IMG/VR virus record: IMGVR_UViG_3300029305_005724
Location: 96,001 to 160,000 of that record
DNA from: a virus
Lineage: Duplodnaviria; Caudoviricetes
DNA length: 64,000 bases
Reading direction: 5' to 3' (one strand)
The position numbers and the translations under genes are program-made. Positions 61,224-64,000 of the stretch are shown one piece after another (within the stretch, counting starts at the first letter, position 1; each line of letters starts with the position of its first letter). Under the pieces are notes generated by a model. That model was not told where the DNA came from and did not search any database. It was given only the letters and a program-made list of their open reading frames with translations.

Positions 61224-61400
61224 TAAAATTTCTTCAAAAATAATAAATTTTAGACGTAGAAGTTCTTACACTTCTACGTCTATTTTTGTATTTTAAAATG
61301 TTCTAATTGCATTGAATTTGGTCGAATTAGATTATCTTAGCCAACTTTTATACTGTGAACATAGTATTAAAATCCTCAAAAGAAAGGAGGAATGATTGGT

Positions 61401-64000
61401 ATGGCCGCCAAATTAAAATTACCTAAAGTAACTAGATATGTCGCTAATGTGGGAAAGTCGCTAGCCTTTGCCACAATCGACGCTGTGTCCGAAAATACAT
61501 CTGGTATTAAAGACTTTATTGAAACAAATAATGATATTTTCAGAGAATCTTATTCTGGTGCTAAGAATTATCGCCAGACTGCTAGAAATGCTGCCAAGAG
61601 CATTAAGCAGAGTAATCTCTATCAAGCTATTAAAGTCGGCGCAAGAAATCTTGGCGAAGACCTGAAGAGTGGTAAATTCTATAATGAAAGAGACTACAGT
61701 GATCAGGTCCTTGGTCTTGATGAAGGCTTCGGTGATGATGATCTTGATTTTTCTTGGGATAATGAAAGCGTAGATGATGGTACCAAAGCAACTATCGCTT
61801 CAACAAATGCTATGTCCGATAGACTTGATCAGTCTATTGGGGCCGCTGCCATGTCAACTAATTCCACTGTCGCAAAAGGTGTTAGACTGGTTACTCAGTC
61901 TAATGAGGCTTCAACACAACTCATGATGGCTCAAATGGATAGAAGCGCTTCTATCATTTCTTCTAGTATGGGAAGTGTTTACACCGCAGTAGATTCTGTA
62001 AATAAGTTCCTCAATGGTCCTCTTGTTTCCCATATGGAGAACTCCAGAAAATACTATGAGGCTAGCCTTAGATCTCTTGAAGAGACTCAGGGTATGATGA
62101 AAGAAATGCTTGAAATGCAGAGAAATCTGTATAAGGCACAGCAGGAAGCTGCTAAGCCTAGCAAGCTTGATCAGTCCTTCACTGCTGGTGGAGGAATTGA
62201 TATTGCCGGATATTTTAAGAATGTAAAAGGCAATATTGGCAATCTTATGAGTGAATACGGCATTGGAGGTTTCGATCTCGGTGGAGGTAACCCCTTCATG
62301 GCTTTCGCAGCAGCTCCAATGAAGATCTTCACTTCATTTATGATTGATAATATCATGTCTAAAGACTTTAAGAAGTCTTTAAAATCTTTTGATAAGGGGC
62401 TGACGAGCATGTTCTCGCAGTTCGTTGCAAGAATGAATACTAAGAAAAATGATGTTAGCGGAGGACTTTGGGATATCGTAGCATCTATTTTTGGTATTGA
62501 TATTGCTAAGAAAGATAATATTGATCCTTCAAAGTATAAGAAGGATGCTGTCCCCTTTGACGGTATTACTCGTCAAGCTATCATTGAAACCATTCCTGGT
62601 TATCTTGCTAGAATCGAAGCCGCATTGACAGGTAATGATGAACGTTACTATGATTATCAAGGTGGTACTTGGAAAGGTGCTAGAAGAATCGCTAAGGAAT
62701 ATGATGCCGTAGAAACTTCTGCTATTGCAAATGCAAATAGTAGTATTAAGTCTGATATTCAACCTCTTATTGATCAGCTAAAAGCTATAAACGAAGGACA
62801 GGCGAGATCCATGTCCAAATCTGTTGATAGAATGATTATGCAGATTTATAAAGATGGTGGAGATTTCAGACCTAATGATCCTGATGCTTGGAAACATTAT
62901 GGATTCAAGAGTAAAAGAGATTTCGATTTAGCATATGGACGTATGAGCAGAACTACTGTTCGCGATATTGCTAAATCAAATATGGATGCTAGACAGCGTG
63001 TATCAAATGCTCGTCTTGCCGAAGAAGCCAATGGTGGTATTAGCCGTCAGCTCTATAATGGAGCTTTTGAAATGGATCCTTCTGGTAAAGGCAAACGTGT
63101 TGATTATACTGGTCTTGCAAAAGGTTCTGGATGGCTATCTCTTAGTAAAGATGAACAAGGACACAATGTGTTCCATTATCTTAGAGAAATTCTTAATGCT
63201 ATTACTCTTAAGCATAATAAGAAGAATAAAAATAGATGTTATGCCAATACTAGAACACCGTCATCTCATAGAGAAGGAGGAAGTCGCAGAAGCGGATCTG
63301 AAAGTTCAGATGATTCTGGCGGCGACCCTGACCCGGCCTCAGATGATGATGGCCCATTAGGGGATGATGTTTGGGAGAGTCTTAAGGCTGATGAAGCAGC
63401 TAGGGCTGCATCTGGTACTAAGAAAAAAGGTCTAGGTGACTGGGTTCGCGACAAGATGGGCAACTCTCCTATAGGCAAACTTTTCGGTAAGATGCTTGGC
63501 GGCGCTGCCGATATTGTCTCCAAGCCTTTAAACTATGTCACTAAGCTTATTAATAAAGCTGATGAAAGCATGTTCAAGATGATGTTTGGCACTCTTGATC
63601 TTAAGGATAAAGATGGAAACAAAGTCGAGAGCGTATTCCAGTATATCACTATGAAGGTTAAAGATACCTTTGCTGATATCGGAAACTGGTTTAAAGAGCA
63701 ATTTAAGAACGTTAAAAATACTATATCTGATTTCTTCAAAGAAAAGATTAAGCCTCTTTGGGAAAAGTACGGAAAGCCTGTTAAAGATCAGGTATTCGGA
63801 ATGGCAAAGAAAGGTTTTGGTCGTTTCAAAGAAGGAGTTGGAAATACATTTGGCAGAGCTTATGATACTGTAAAGACCCGTATGAAAAAGGGTGAAGTAG
63901 TTCCTACAGGAGAAGTTGTTGAAGCAGCTAAATCTGGAGAAGATGTTGTTGATACTAATGCTCGCGGAACTTATGCAACCAAGCGTGGTCTTACCATGGT
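61401..64000 (+). CDS. 3'-truncated very large tape-measure-like virion protein (not in ORF track)
   Basis: AAAGGAGG RBS, promoter 61358, frame appears open to window end; helical A/G/S-rich with VPFDGITRQAIIETIPGYLARIE, reminiscent of phiKZ gp181-like proteins. Confidence 0.65.
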   Translation, partial: MAAKLKLPKVTRYVANVGKSLAFATIDAVSENTSGIKDFIETNNDIFRESYSGAKNYRQTARNAAKSIKQSNLYQAIKVGARNLGEDLKSGKFYNERDYSDQVLGLDEGFGDDDLDFSWDNESVDDGTKATIASTNAMSDRLDQSIGAAAMSTNSTVAKGVRLVTQSNEASTQLMMAQMDRSASIISSSMGSVYTAVDSVNKFLNGPLVSHMENSRKYYEASLRSLEETQGMMKEMLEMQRNLYKAQQEAAKPSKLDQSFTAGGGIDIAGYFKNVKGNIGNLMSEYGIGGFDLGGGNPFMAFAAAPMKIFTSFMIDNIMSKDFKKSLKSFDKGLTSMFSQFVARMNTKKNDVSGGLWDIVASIFGIDIAKKDNIDPSKYKKDAVPFDGITRQAIIETIPGYLARIEAALTGNDERYYDYQGGTWKGARRIAKEYDAVETSAIANANSSIKSDIQPLIDQLKAINEGQARSMSKSVDRMIMQIYKDGGDFRPNDPDAWKHYGFKSKRDFDLAYGRMSRTTVRDIAKSNMDARQRVSNARLAEEANGGISRQLYNGAFEMDPSGKGKRVDYTGLAKGSGWLSLSKDEQGHNVFHYLREILNAITLKHNKKNKNRCYANTRTPSSHREGGSRRSGSESSDDSGGDPDPASDDDGPLGDDVWESLKADEAARAASGTKKKGLGDWVRDKMGNSPIGKLFGKMLGGAADIVSKPLNYVTKLINKADESMFKMMFGTLDLKDKDGNKVESVFQYITMKVKDTFADIGNWFKEQFKNVKNTISDFFKEKIKPLWEKYGKPVKDQVFGMAKKGFGRFKEGVGNTFGRAYDTVKTRMKKGEVVPTGEVVEAAKSGEDVVDTNARGTYATKRGLTM

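Noticed and set aside
1-64000. Alternative genetic code or CRISPR array
   Set aside because: Genes are long and intact under code 11; no regularly spaced repeat-spacer pattern seen.

Overview
64 kb of an AT-rich jumbo phage genome of the phiKZ/AR9-like supergroup, probably infecting a Firmicute (strong AAAGGAGG RBSs, standard code). It encodes its own multisubunit RNA polymerase subunits (beta, beta'-N, beta'-C), a probable major capsid protein, baseplate/tail proteins, a GroEL-like chaperonin, ThyX, thymidylate kinase, RNase H, a DHH phosphoesterase and a protein-kinase-like gene. Main points: (1) a 440-nt group I intron splits the RNAP catalytic motif (ADFD|GD) and carries, in place of a homing endonuclease, a 135-nt CCA-ending tRNA-Leu-like element with a much expanded anticodon arm; (2) a complete diversity-generating retroelement (RT, 151-nt TR, VR with 23 of 23 differences at TR adenines) has no visible avd gene and an RT with a long basic C-terminal extension; (3) a C10-containing leader ORF reaches the DGR target start codon in only one of three tract-length phases, suggesting phase variation layered on hypermutation; (4) an ORF-less unit behind a duplicated promoter has three anti-Shine-Dalgarno modules; (5) an AR9-type AAC(A/T)-N6-TA promoter occurs 24 times although the phage encodes dTMP synthesis genes. 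All calls are from motif recognition by eye; no database searches were run.
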